Shown here one piece after another: positions 49,543 through 60,795 of a stretch of 64,000 nt of DNA. The translations under genes were made by a program, and so were the position numbers. This DNA comes from Enoplolaimus lenunculus. Its lineage: Eukaryota. The notes beneath the pieces are model-generated. The model was not told the origin of the DNA and searched no databases. It was given only the letters and a program-made list of their open reading frames with translations. The stretch covers positions 62,001 to 126,000 of the forward strand of contig JASANG010004046.1 of NCBI GenBank assembly GCA_030248215.1, in the 5' to 3' direction. Within the stretch, counting starts at the first letter, position 1. Each line of letters starts with the position of its first letter.

Positions 49543-49768
49543 GTTACAGCAATCTCCATCGTTTTCTCAGATTTTGTGCTGTTTGCTTTGGGGCTGCTTA
49601 TGTGTTGCGTGTGCAAGCAAAGGCGAGACAAACAATGCCCCGGCAGAATCAACAGATGGTGTACGGCTTCCAGATAAATGCGAAATTTGTAAACATTTTG
49701 TTCAAGAGCTTAAGGCGCGATTGTATGAAACAGGACGAACTCATGATGTGATTGCAACAACGAAAAAG
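49543..49768 (+). CDS. Canopy CNPY3/4-like, signal peptide and domain start (5' boundary uncertain)
   Basis: ILCCLLWGCLCVACAS signal-like segment, then VRLPDKCEICKHFVQELKARLYETGRTHDVI. AAG/gtaaac donor. Confidence 0.88.
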
Positions 49769-51349
49769 GTAAACTATTTTTACTGAAGCAAATTGTGCTT
49801 GGCCAAATTTCGCAGGATTATTTGTGATCAATAACAGGATTTAAAAATTTATAAAATTAAAACAAAGTACCGCGAACAGCTATTAACGTCGTACAATAAC
49901 TGAAAACTGCATGCGTTAATGGGATTGAACCATTAAAATTACTTTGTGGAGCTTTAATATTATTGATTCTGCCGCCTGCGGAGTAGTTGCAGCAAACTTT
50001 TCGAGAAGTAGAGACTCAGTAATATTGGAGTAAATTGATGGTCCATGTGAATTAAATTAATACCATCCACATAGTATTTCTTGAATAATGTAAAAAAAAT
50101 TGTCCGCCCACCATTTGAGCAAGGTGCGATCGGATATAGATTTATCGGGCAATGATGGAACCGGAACTGGACATTGACTTCTTTACAGGAACATTCCGAA
50201 TATACCAGAGCACACTTGAAAGTAATTGAATCGCACAAAAGTATGTTTACTGAGTTAAAATTAGCAGCTTTTCTTGCCCAGAAAGCTAATCGCAGCAACA
50301 AGGTCAAATATCCACTTGTCAAAAGCAGCATATATTATTGTGTTCGGGACAACAAGTGTCCGTTTTTGATGGATATTAAACCGAAACCGGATATCCGGTT
50401 GCACCCTACATCCTAGGACTAATGTCAAAATACGATGCTATGACCAGTGCCCGATGACAACTACAAGCCTTGCAATTATAACAGCGTATTTGTCGTAACA
50501 GTGTTCGAACGGGGTAGGGACAAGACAGAGTGTCTAGATAGGAAATACTGACAAAAGGAAAACTCTCGCTGCAGGTTTTTAACTATTTGTGGTTTATGTA
50601 TACTGATGAAGAAACAGTTTCGGATTTCTTTGTACACATTTTGCTAAAACGAATGTAGCATTATACTACGTTTGTGTCTTGTTAAAGTGTTAGGAAATTT
50701 TGCACTGTTTACTACGGCCGTAATCCCATTAAAGATGGTGTATTAACCTGGGCAATGTTTTTACAGGAACGTGAGCATTATTACGTTCATAACCCGTTAT
50801 AAGGGCCCGCCTTGGGGAGACATCTAGAGACTGCAATAATTAGAGACTTGGGACCTTACAGGGTTCCTGCATTACAGGCCAAACAGGGCAGATAGCCGGT
50901 AGGCACAGTGAAAACAGGGAAAATGGACACCGTTCGAACAAGGAAATTATTTATTTCGGATTGACGAAAAAGATGAATATAGGCTTTTCTGCTAACTTTT
51001 GCTTTCAGTTGCACAGCACTTGCACGTACATTCGCGCTCTACGCGAGACTATAAGTTTTAACTACACAGTTATTGGGTTTCTTGTTGTTAAAATGCACTT
51101 TTGTTAAAATATTAAGAGTACTAAAATTATAGACGTGCACGTACAATGGAGATTTTACTATAGTTCTCACGCCATAGGCGACGTGAAATAGAGAATTCAA
51201 CGGAGAAAAACATTTCTGCGTCCGGAAAAATTAGATAAGAGTACCCGCGGGCACCTTGGCTTAGAATTAGGTGAATGTTTAGTCGTGCGCATAGGGTTAG
51301 GTTTAGTGAGCGGTTCTTATATAATTAACATTGGTCTTCTATATTTTAG

Positions 51350-51467
51350 TCGAGTAAATATCGAACATCTGAACTGCGGCTGGTTGAAACGCTAGAAGAT
51401 TTATGTGAACGATTTCTTTCGTACGATATTCACAAAGAATACACTGATAGCCGTCGATTTGCTCGAG
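51350..51467 (+). CDS. Canopy CNPY3/4-like, internal exon
   Basis: ttttag/gtatgt. KYRTSELRLVETLEDLCERFLSYDIHKEYTDSRRFARG. Confidence 0.92.
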
Positions 51468-51729
51468 GTATGTATAATTATGTTGTATAACAAGCCGGGG
51501 AAGCCCCAGACAATTATAAATGCGGCGTATCGCGGCAAGACATGCTTGTTTGTTTAATTTATATCGGTTGGATATGAATTTTCAGTCTGTTCAACTGTTG
51601 CTGTCTGCTTACCTTCATCTGCGCAAAGCTGAATTATTTTAAAATTAGAGACAATCTGCAGTTTTTCAGCAGATGTCTGATTGAAACTGAAATACATGGT
51701 TGTATTCAATCTGTAGTGGTATATTTTAG

Positions 51730-52043
51730 GCAAAAGCCAAACCATGAAAACGCTGCATAATTTAGTGGACAAAGGCGTCAAAGTTGAACTTGGTATTCCT
51801 TTTGAGCTGTGGGATTCACCATCAGTTGAAGTAAGCGCTTTGAAAAGAGGTTGCGAGTCAATATTAGAAGATCAAGAAGATGCCATTGAAGCTTGGTACC
51901 GGATTGAAGAAGCGAAACGGCCAGTGCTGATGTCGTATTTATGTGAAGATAGAGTTCTCAAACAAAACGAACAGAATTGTTTGTATGATGAGACTGAAAG
52001 TATCGACAGCGAAACCAATTCGCCACAGAAAACAGAATTGTGA
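51730..52043 (+). CDS. Canopy CNPY3/4-like, last exon
   Basis: SQTMKTLHNLVDKGVKVELGIPFELWDSPSVEV...WY...LCE, ending in a KDEL-like KTEL. Confidence 0.93.
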
Positions 52044-52993
52044 AAATGGAAGGAAAATTTTGGAAATAGTTCCCATTTGGAAATGTTTCGTACAGGAGAG
52101 GATGAGCACTTTTGGATATCAAGTTAGCCATATTATTGTGGTACCACGGTTGTCCTTATTTTAGTTTCAAATTAAATTTGAATTTGTGATCATAGGAAGG
52201 CTTATATGAGGTTAACAAGATGGTTGTTGGATTTTGAGTAATTTTATCGTTCCATATTTACGACCAGGGCCTCAACGTATTGTTTCAGGCACATTGATTA
52301 TTAGGGCAAAATGAAACCTTCATTGAAAACCTCTTAATTCAAAGTTACAAGACCGGAGTAAATATTGTCGAGCTAAAATGTGGCGTAAGACATACTTTTA
52401 AAATCTAGCTAATGTTCAGAAACAGGGCTATATGGATGTAATATAACTTCTAACGGTGGCTTTCAGAACTGCTGATGTGCTTTGAGCTTGGCGCGTTGAT
52501 GAGTTATGTATTAAATTTTGTGTATATACTGGAATGTTGTGTAATAAATATAGATCATTTATGAATCACGGTATTTGAATTTTTTACAAAGGTTTAGCTG
52601 AAGTGTTGGAAGTATCTAAAAAGTAAGCTTCTCTTTTAACATCATACATATTCTTTTGATCTATTGGACAACAATAAAAGTAGATGCAGTATTTTGTTTG
52701 TTCGTACTTCTGAAATACAGAATGGTCGTGCTATTGGTGCAAAACTAAAAATGTATGGTAGATTTTACCCAGCATCTCTTAGGGAGAGGCTTCAAATTTT
52801 TGGTGAGCAAATATTTGTTTTTAAGGTAGAAAATAAATGAAATATATACTACATAATCAAAGCGTCATCGATGAATTGAATGTTAACGTAACCAATGCTG
52901 TACTGTGATTTATGTTCAAGTGTAGTTTGATTTTTAAATGCCGTTAAAATTATCATTTTCGCAAGCTGAATTAAGTGTCGGTGTTACATATAT

Positions 52994-53725
52994 ACTGTAC
53001 TGACCCGAATAGGTGGGAGCTGATATTTGTTTAGCCACTCCAGAGGGTGCCCCCTGTTGTACGGTTACGATCTGTTTATTTTTAAGCCACCCTTCGTCAC
53101 TGATATACATGCGACAATGCAGCTATCCGTTGAATTAAACGTTTATTTGTCTAGTGTCAATAGCTTGACCGATCATGCAGGTTATACTTAGGAATGTTCT
53201 TTCAAACTTTAAGTACGCTTTAAAGTTTCGAACTCAAATTATTTGGTCCTGGAGTCATTCATACGCTACACTTAGGGGTAATTGACATTTATGGACTCAA
53301 ATTAAGGTTACTCTATCCACTTACGGAATCTTATCAGCATGGTACTACCGGAGGTGTGGCTCCGGCAGAAAATCGGCCACCGGCTCTGGTAGAATTTTTG
53401 CCGGAGGTTCCGGCAATTTCGGTAGTAAAATTTTGCAAAATTTATCTGTTTGGCGCGTTTTGTTGCACTTTTGTTACAATTTTCAAGGAAGAATTCCCGA
53501 AATTTCGCAGAAAATTAGCGCAAAACCAAACAACTTAACAACATTACAGATATTGGCTCAAATTCACTAATTAACCATTATTTTAGTACCTAATTTCGCC
53601 TCTTCTCCGACTCCGGCAAGTTTCGTCGACCTCCGGCTCCGGTATTTTTCACCTCCTGTTGCACCCTGCTTATCAGGGATACGGACTTTTATTGATTGGG
53701 ACTCAAAATGGGGACTCCCCTTTTA
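52994..53725. mobile_element. MITE (ctgtaNtgacccgaata family) carrying a nested hAT MITE at 53338-53668
   Basis: The nested element has a perfect TSD CTTATCAG. Host-family pieces recur at ~60026-60160, 62350-62600 and 62875-63061. Confidence 0.65.
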
Positions 53726-54147
53726 TTATGCAGGGTTCACGTTATAACCGGGGCAGGCAGGAAATGGTTTGTCCCCTGCAAATCGTTTCCTACAAAATAG
53801 AGTAGTGAAAGATAACTAAAGTGTTTTAAGTATTTCGAGTGTTTTAAAGAGTACCTAAAATAATGCAAACGTATTGCGGGAAAATATTGTTTACTGCGCG
53901 CAGCAATGTTTAGGTTCCCCGCAATATTAACCCTTTCACTCATAGAGTATACTATGAAACTGTGCGCAGTGTTTAACATTTATAACATATATGCGCAGTG
54001 CAAAATCTCCACAAGACGTGAAAGCCTACTCGGGCTCGAGCGTCAAGCTCCTATAGCTCATTGTTCATCGTAAACGCCTCCCACCCATGAGACTGGGGAT
54101 CGCATTTTACCTTGAAATTACATCTCATACGAAATTGAAAATATTCA

Positions 54148-54215
54148 TACCACGCCGAGAATCGAACCTCGACCTCTCGCTCTCGAGTCAAGCACACTTC
54201 CCATACCAAGGGGCC
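54148..54215 (-). pseudogene. Degenerate tRNA-like copy
   Basis: B box GGTTCGATTC, damaged D arm. Tandem paralogue of 54480-54551. Confidence 0.55.
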
Positions 54216-54479
54216 GATATATTGATCTCTACTACTATACGTGCACGTGTGTGTGTTTGACATTACACACAATATGCACATACATATGCTACACAACATA
54301 TACCAACATTCCCCTTTTTCAGGCCGTCGTTCCGGGCCGCGAATACAAAGTTCCCCGAATCCATAGGCCTGTGCCAGTCTCAGTGGGACCTCCATTACAA
54401 ACCTGCGCGGTCGGTACTTCCCCTTTCTCTGAAGTACTGCGAATATACTTGGTTTCCCCCAAACTTCTCCGAAATATAT

Positions 54480-54551
54480 GACCACGCTGAGAATCGGAAC
54501 TCGGACCTCTCGCTCGCGAATCAAGCGCGCTACCCACTACACCACGCGGCC
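54480..54551 (-). pseudogene. tRNA-like sequence (CGC at the anticodon position), probable pseudogene or SINE head
   Basis: Acceptor GGCCGCG/CGTGGTC and A box TGGTGTAGTGG; anticodon stem and T arm imperfect. Confidence 0.6.
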
Positions 54552-54678
54552 GATATCATTTTGTTCTCTAGTATTTATGCATGTTGTCTTACATTAAATA
54601 CACGATGCATATAAACATGTTACATACGATATATAAAAACGAAGATCATCATCCCAGAGACACATTAGATACTAGTAA

Positions 54679-54990
54679 CAATGGCGAATCCATGGGGGGC
54701 CACCCCGGCCGTGGCCCCACCAACAGCATCTCGACAAAAATTATATAGTGTCAATTCTCCTGCCTATAAATTTGTGCTTGTTTGAAACCAAATCCGAACT
54801 TATGTTGCCACCCTGTTGTTTAGATCTAAATTGCGTTGATGCGTTAGTTATATTTGTGATTCATCTCAATGGAGAGAATCTAAAGAAGTCAATTTTATGG
54901 CAATAGTTCGTGGTTTGTGTGTGGGTCAAAAATAAGTTTATTGCCTGTGGGATTGTGCACCCCCATTTTGAGATCCTGGATCCGCCACTG
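54679..54990. mobile_element. hAT-type MITE (cagtggcgga family)
   Basis: TIR CAATGGCGAATCCA/TGGATCCGCCACTG, TSD ACTAGTAA/ACTGGTAA. A relative lies at ~62762-63131. Confidence 0.75.
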
Positions 54991-56285
54991 ACTGGTAATA
55001 TTGGAAAATAACCGTTAATACACAAACTTTATAATTTAATAAAAATGTTTCTCCTATACGGAACGTTGGTGTATCACCGACTACAAATTGTTTAAACTGC
55101 GTTCCATTCTATCACATTTTGAAGCCTGACGTGCAGCCACTTAAATACTTATGGCCCGTAAATAATATGTGCGAATTGGCCAAAACTGAAGTCTTATGAT
55201 TTACGCTAAAACTGCACCTGACTTGATCAGTTTGCCTGTTCCCATGCCCGTCAAAAACTTCTGGATTCGGCCCTAATAATCTAAAAATTGACTAATGGCC
55301 TCTACATTACTGTGCAATGTGCAACCTGAGGCGAAAAAACTGGAGCCGGAGGTTAACAAAACTTGTCTGAGGTAAGGCGAAAGCTAGTTGAAAATGATGC
55401 TTAATTTGTCAATTTTAGCAAATATCGGTCATGTGTTGTTAAATTGTTCGATGTTAATACGCTTATTTATTTACGAAATCTTGGTAGTTCCAAAAGTTAA
55501 AACGAAATGCGATAAACAAACAGATTTTGTAAAAATCATGAAAAAATTTCACTACCGAGATTGCCGGAAACTCCGGGCAGAAACTTGCACGATTGCATGG
55601 GGTTTAGCGTCGCATCAAGGAGTCGAGCCACAATTAAAAATGGCAAATAATTGACAAGGTTAACCGTCTTTAATATTGTCAGAAACCTTAGGGCACGCTT
55701 CTTTATAGGTTGCGGATACTCAGGAAATCTGTATTACAACCTGCAGGACATCCACTACGTCCAAAAGTTTGAGGGGAAGCAGGGATCCCTATTTGGATCG
55801 CCGATGGGGATCCCCATTGCGATCCCCACGAGAATTATTCGTGAAGGGGGCTGGGGTTGAAAATTATTACCCCATGACATCCCTGCTAATACTGTACCGT
55901 TACGGCCTTGTTCTTTACATTGGCCGCAAAACAAATCCAAATTACAGTGCTTTATTGCATAATTCGAAAGCCATTGGTTGATGTAGAATCATTATGAAAC
56001 CTGTTGATGAACAGAAGAACAACATTTTCTTGATAAAAACCTGATTTAATATATCACATTTTGGCTCACTTTTGTTTCCGCGAATATTTGTGTCGTTGGT
56101 CGCCGGCTTGACGGCTAAATTTACAAAATTGTCTCATCTATAGCTGAAGCGGATCGTTTTCCCGCGCGACTGTAATGGAGTAAGTAAGCTTACGCTTTAG
56201 GCTATTTTGTTGCTTAGGCATATAGGTCTACGTTTAGCAGTATGGTTATATACATACGTGAACTGAAAAACTACTGTAATTTTTA

Positions 56286-57075
56286 CTACAATCTTTTGTC
56301 ACGATACGTATCCTGTTTTCCGGTTTCGTACCAAAAATTTGTCACGGAAACCGTGTCTTTAAAGCTTAACAGTTTCGAATGTTTAGCGTCGCTGCGACTC
56401 GAGCCTGAACAACGTCTTCGTTTCGCCAATTTTTGATCTTGATTCGATTTTGACAGTATACTGTCGTCTGTCAAAGTTTTGGCTTCTTCACCGTAGTCTG
56501 CTACAGATGTTGGGCAATTATCGTCCGGACCTGGCATGGTTAACGCTACATTGATCATCGTATTGAATCGTGTCTCTGCTTCGCGTTCCAAATCGCTTTT
56601 TGTCTGCGAATTTTCTCCTTGTTGCTGATGCTCGTCGCCAGCCACAGCGTCTGGTTTTTCAATTGAAGTTGATGCGTCGAGTTTGTCGTCAAACAAATCT
56701 TGAATCAACTGATCGAATGCTCCGCGATTTTCGAAGTCACTCATTTGGTCTTGCGTGGCCAAATTTTTATCTGCGTTCTGTTTGGAGTCGTCCGACGGTG
56801 TGTCAGCGACATGAGCTATTTCTTTCGTTTCGGTTTGCTGTTTTGCTGTTTTATCTTTTTCAGTTGTTTGTTTTTGTTCACCATCCACTTTGAAGATGTC
56901 GAGAATTTTCTCCGAAGTTTTTGTAGCAATTTTTTCTCTAGGTTCACCATCCGGTTCTATGGTTTTCATTGGTGATGGTGGTTGTGGTGGAATTTTTTGT
57001 TTTGTTTCCTGAGCGAATTGGCTCTCTGTTAGTGGTTCTTTGACTGCTTTTTGTCTATCTGATGTTGGTTCGTTC
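56286..57075 (-). CDS. Uncharacterised 458-aa protein, exon 3
   Basis: atttcag acceptor, phase 2, open to TAG. Total CDS 1377 nt, divisible by 3. Confidence 0.75.
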
Positions 57076-58644
57076 CTGAAATGCTTTATTTACGTAAGTT
57101 AGCCAAGTGCAATCGAAGGTATATCTTAGCGTATTGGAAACACGCTATTTCGGAATTAGCTATAAACGTTATAAAGTTACGGAATAAGATTGTTTTCATC
57201 AAATAACCACTTACCAGGTTAACACAACCGGATGTAAAAATACGGAATATGGAAGCACAAATTCCGGTTTTTCCCAGGAATGTGGCTTTTCAATCAAAAG
57301 ATCAAACAAACCGGACGCTTATAGTATTTTTAAAGTGAGGGGCCAAAACTGAACATCTACCTGCGTTGACTAGAGGCTTTATACAGGAATGAGTGCTTTT
57401 AGATTTGTTATAGGTGCAGCCGTTTTGGTTTAGAAAGTAGACTAGGTGGCTTTTTAACGTTAGAAAAAATAAGTTTCAGCTTTTGGCAGCGTGCTTTCTA
57501 TATTTTTCGGTTTTATATATTGGAGTAAGAGCGATGAATCATAAAACAACGAAAAAGTGTGATTTCGATTTTTTGTATAAAGTTTAAGCTGATCGTTGGG
57601 TTTTATTAGCTATAACTATGACTAGTAATCCGTAGTTGCACACATGTGCAACTTTCCTATTATACTGGTTTTGGCGTATGTTCAAGAGTGTTTATTTTTA
57701 AGCAAGTCTTGCCTAAGCTTTGAAGCTTAAATGACACCTCAAACTACCAAATCATCATTTTAATGTATACGGGGTCCTTGATTCGGTACTGCATCCATTC
57801 CTAATAAAGGAAGAATTTAACCGGGATTCACTTCTGTAGTGGAAAATACACTTCGCAACATTAGCATAGCTAAAGACAACGTATAAATATCCTGATGATG
57901 TTTGAGGTTAAACACAACATTTTGAAAGCTTATGTATCAGACTTTTGAACCGAAGTGCACTATCTGAAGTGGAAAAAATCATGTTTGTTTAAGTGAATTC
58001 AGTAGCAAACATGTCCGAAGAATTTAAAATTATTTAAACAAAGAATTTTGTGAATTAATTTTTGCGAGAGAATGTCAGTGGCAATTATAATAAGACATAG
58101 CAGAAAATATTTAAAGATATGTCGAAAAGTTACTGAAATTTTTGCTAAATCGTATTCATGTGCATATAAACTTGTGATTTGGGGATACGAGGACAGATGT
58201 GCTGAGATTTTGTGTTCATACGGGCTTTGTGATTTTACTGTTTCAATTTTTCGTTTTATTTACGGTTTTCCTAGATGAATTCTACCTTGAGACCTTTCTC
58301 AGTTTTATTTGTAACCTTGTGTTTGCCGGCATGAGACGTTTTACTAATATAAGTAATTTGGGGAAAACAGCGACTTCGAATGCGACTTAATTACCTCGCG
58401 GCTAGGTGTACAAAGTAACAGTTAGATGTGAAAGTCTTGCTTAGTCTGAGAATCGGAGCAGTTTCAGGAGTAAAAGATAAACACATTTGACAGTTTTGCG
58501 AAACCCTCTTTTCTAACTTCTTATGGAGCGACAGCCCTTTCGCAAAATAAAAGCTACGCCCCTGAACTTAATATAGATGATTAGTTAGAAGGGAAAACTG
58601 GACTCCCCTGCAAGTGACATGGGGACCCACTCCATGCAACATAC

Positions 58645-59080
58645 CTTGAAAGTTCCGCCCTATCAGCCAAAAGATCTCGATCGGGCTCTTCACCAGAATC
58701 ACCTTTGATATTTCGAACAACCAATTTTGGTCGTACATGGGCCCGGGACTCGCCTCCCACAATGATGTTGCCCTTTTGAAACGGATACGGTGTCGCCGCT
58801 AAATTGTCATCCCGGAATTCCGGTAATTTTACTTCCGTTTGTCCAGTGACGATCCAATGCTTTACTGAATACCGCTCGAGAAGTTGGTGTTTTTCAGCTT
58901 CTAGTGCAGATTTTCGGATACGTTCACGGCGCACGCCGATGACTTGATTTTCGAGTTGCTGTACTGCCCAATCGGGTAAGTTTGCCCCACGGCCCCATTT
59001 TTCGAGCCGGGCAGCGAGCGTTTTTTCTTCGTCGTCAAATGATGTACTCGATTGAGAGAAGATCGACGGACGCTGGGTAC
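58645..59080 (-). CDS. Uncharacterised 458-aa protein, exon 2
   Basis: ttttcag/gtatgt, phase 1 to 2, open frame. Confidence 0.75.
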
Positions 59081-59645
59081 CTGAAAATAGAGCACACAAG
59101 GCCGTAAAAGGAGGCCGTTCGTTGGCCGGGAGCGGCGGTCCCCCATTTTATTGTTGACTAAAAGAAATTTGTCAAAGTCTTTATAGAGAGGACCTCAGTC
59201 CTATTTGGCAGAGGCGCAAACGGCTCGTAATATGTTACTAAAAATTAGTTAACCTATGTGAGCCACGACTCGTGACCCAAGTTGCCGTTTAAATTTTTCT
59301 TCACCTACAGAAGAGAAGTTAAACCATCAAGTTTCTCTATTAAACAGAAAGACATGCAAGCGCAATAAAATAAGCTTGCTTCAATTTATTCATCGAATCA
59401 TGCAAAACTTTCACGTTAAATCAAATTTACAACAATGTCTGGCGCTATAACGCATACTATTTATAATAAAATATCGATTAGATGAGCAAGCCTTCGGCTC
59501 ATGACCTGTCATGACCCAGTAAAGTCCCCATAATTTACGACCAACGACCCACTGACTAATTGCTAAACACTGCTATTAGCCCTTGCTTTCCGCTCTAGCT
59601 ACGCTTCTGCCAAGAATGGCCCTGGGATAGCTTGGAACGGCTTAC

Positions 59646-59796
59646 TTTCGCTCAGCCTCCCGGTTGATTTTTTGCGTTCAATGCGTTGTTCAAATTTTCT
59701 GTCTCGTCTTTCTGACCGGCGATCTTTTATTGTTTCGCGAAACTTGTCAACTTTATACCGCGCTCGATAATAGTAACCCTTCAATCTATCACTCAT
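59646..59796 (-). CDS. Uncharacterised 458-aa protein, exon 1
   Basis: ATG at 59796; MSDRLKGYYYRARYKVDKF...GRLSE; strong gtaagc donor, phase 1. Confidence 0.65.
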
Positions 59797-60254
59797 TATT
59801 GCATTTTCCGGCCATTGCTTGCTCTCAGGTTTGTTTAAAAGATCATACCAAAATTTGGCTATTGAACGCCGCAATGTAAAAAATTTTAGTAAAATTTAAC
59901 TATTATATATATATGGCCAAGTTAACAGCACAAATTTATTTCTTAATAAAGAATTTTGCTACTTGAAAGAAACTAGGTCGACGTGTGAATAAAGGACCTG
60001 GATTAACCTAATCGCTGTGCTATATACTGTAATGGCCCGAATTAGGAGGGGTACTAACACCATTTTGAGTACCAAGCAATAATAGTCCGTATTTATTATT
60101 TGAGTGTGATAGTGGATAGAGTTATAATAAGTCCTAATTAGAGACCATAAAAGAGACGGTCAATGTTACTTTTAGGAGTGTCCCGTTTTCCGCCGGACTG
60201 CAACACACACGAGTGTAATGGGGGAAAATTCTCATGCTCCTGCCGACAGCATTA

Positions 60255-60795
60255 CGGGCAGATGGGGAAATGGGACACGCTTGCTTCGGTAAAACGGGAC
60301 AGCTGCCAGGCAGGCTTGTTTCGGGCAAATGGTAAAACGAACGGGACAGCTGCAAATTTTCGCTCGGAAAACGGGACAATGGGACAGGCTTGTTTCGGGC
60401 AAATTTGAAAACGGGACCGCTGCAAATTTTCGCTGGAAAAACAGGACAGCTGCAAATTTTCGATAGGAAAGCGAGACAGTGGAACAGACCTGTTTCGAGC
60501 AAACGGGAAAACGGGACAGCTGCAATTTTTGCTGGGAAAACGCGAAAACGTCAGAAGTTTGGTTCTGAAAAATAGGGGACAATGGGACAGGCCTGTTTCG
60601 GGCAAATGGAAAAACTGGACAGCTATAATTTTGCGCAGGGAAACGGGAAAACGGCACAGGTTTGTTTCGGGCAAATGGAAAAACGGGACAGCTGTAATTT
60701 TGCACTGGGAAACGGGAAAACGGAACAGGTTTGTTTCGGGCAAACGGTAAAACGGCACAGCTGCAAATTTTAGCTGGGAAAACGGGACAATGGGC
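60255..60795. repeat. Minisatellite with ~60-70 bp units
   Basis: Repeated tgtttcgggcaaat...aaacgggacagctgcaaatttt. Confidence 0.85.

Noticed and set aside
50603..50630. Minimal hammerhead ribozyme (CTGATGA-AGAAACAGTTTC)
   Set aside because: The required GAAA is GGAT and stems I and III are not evident.
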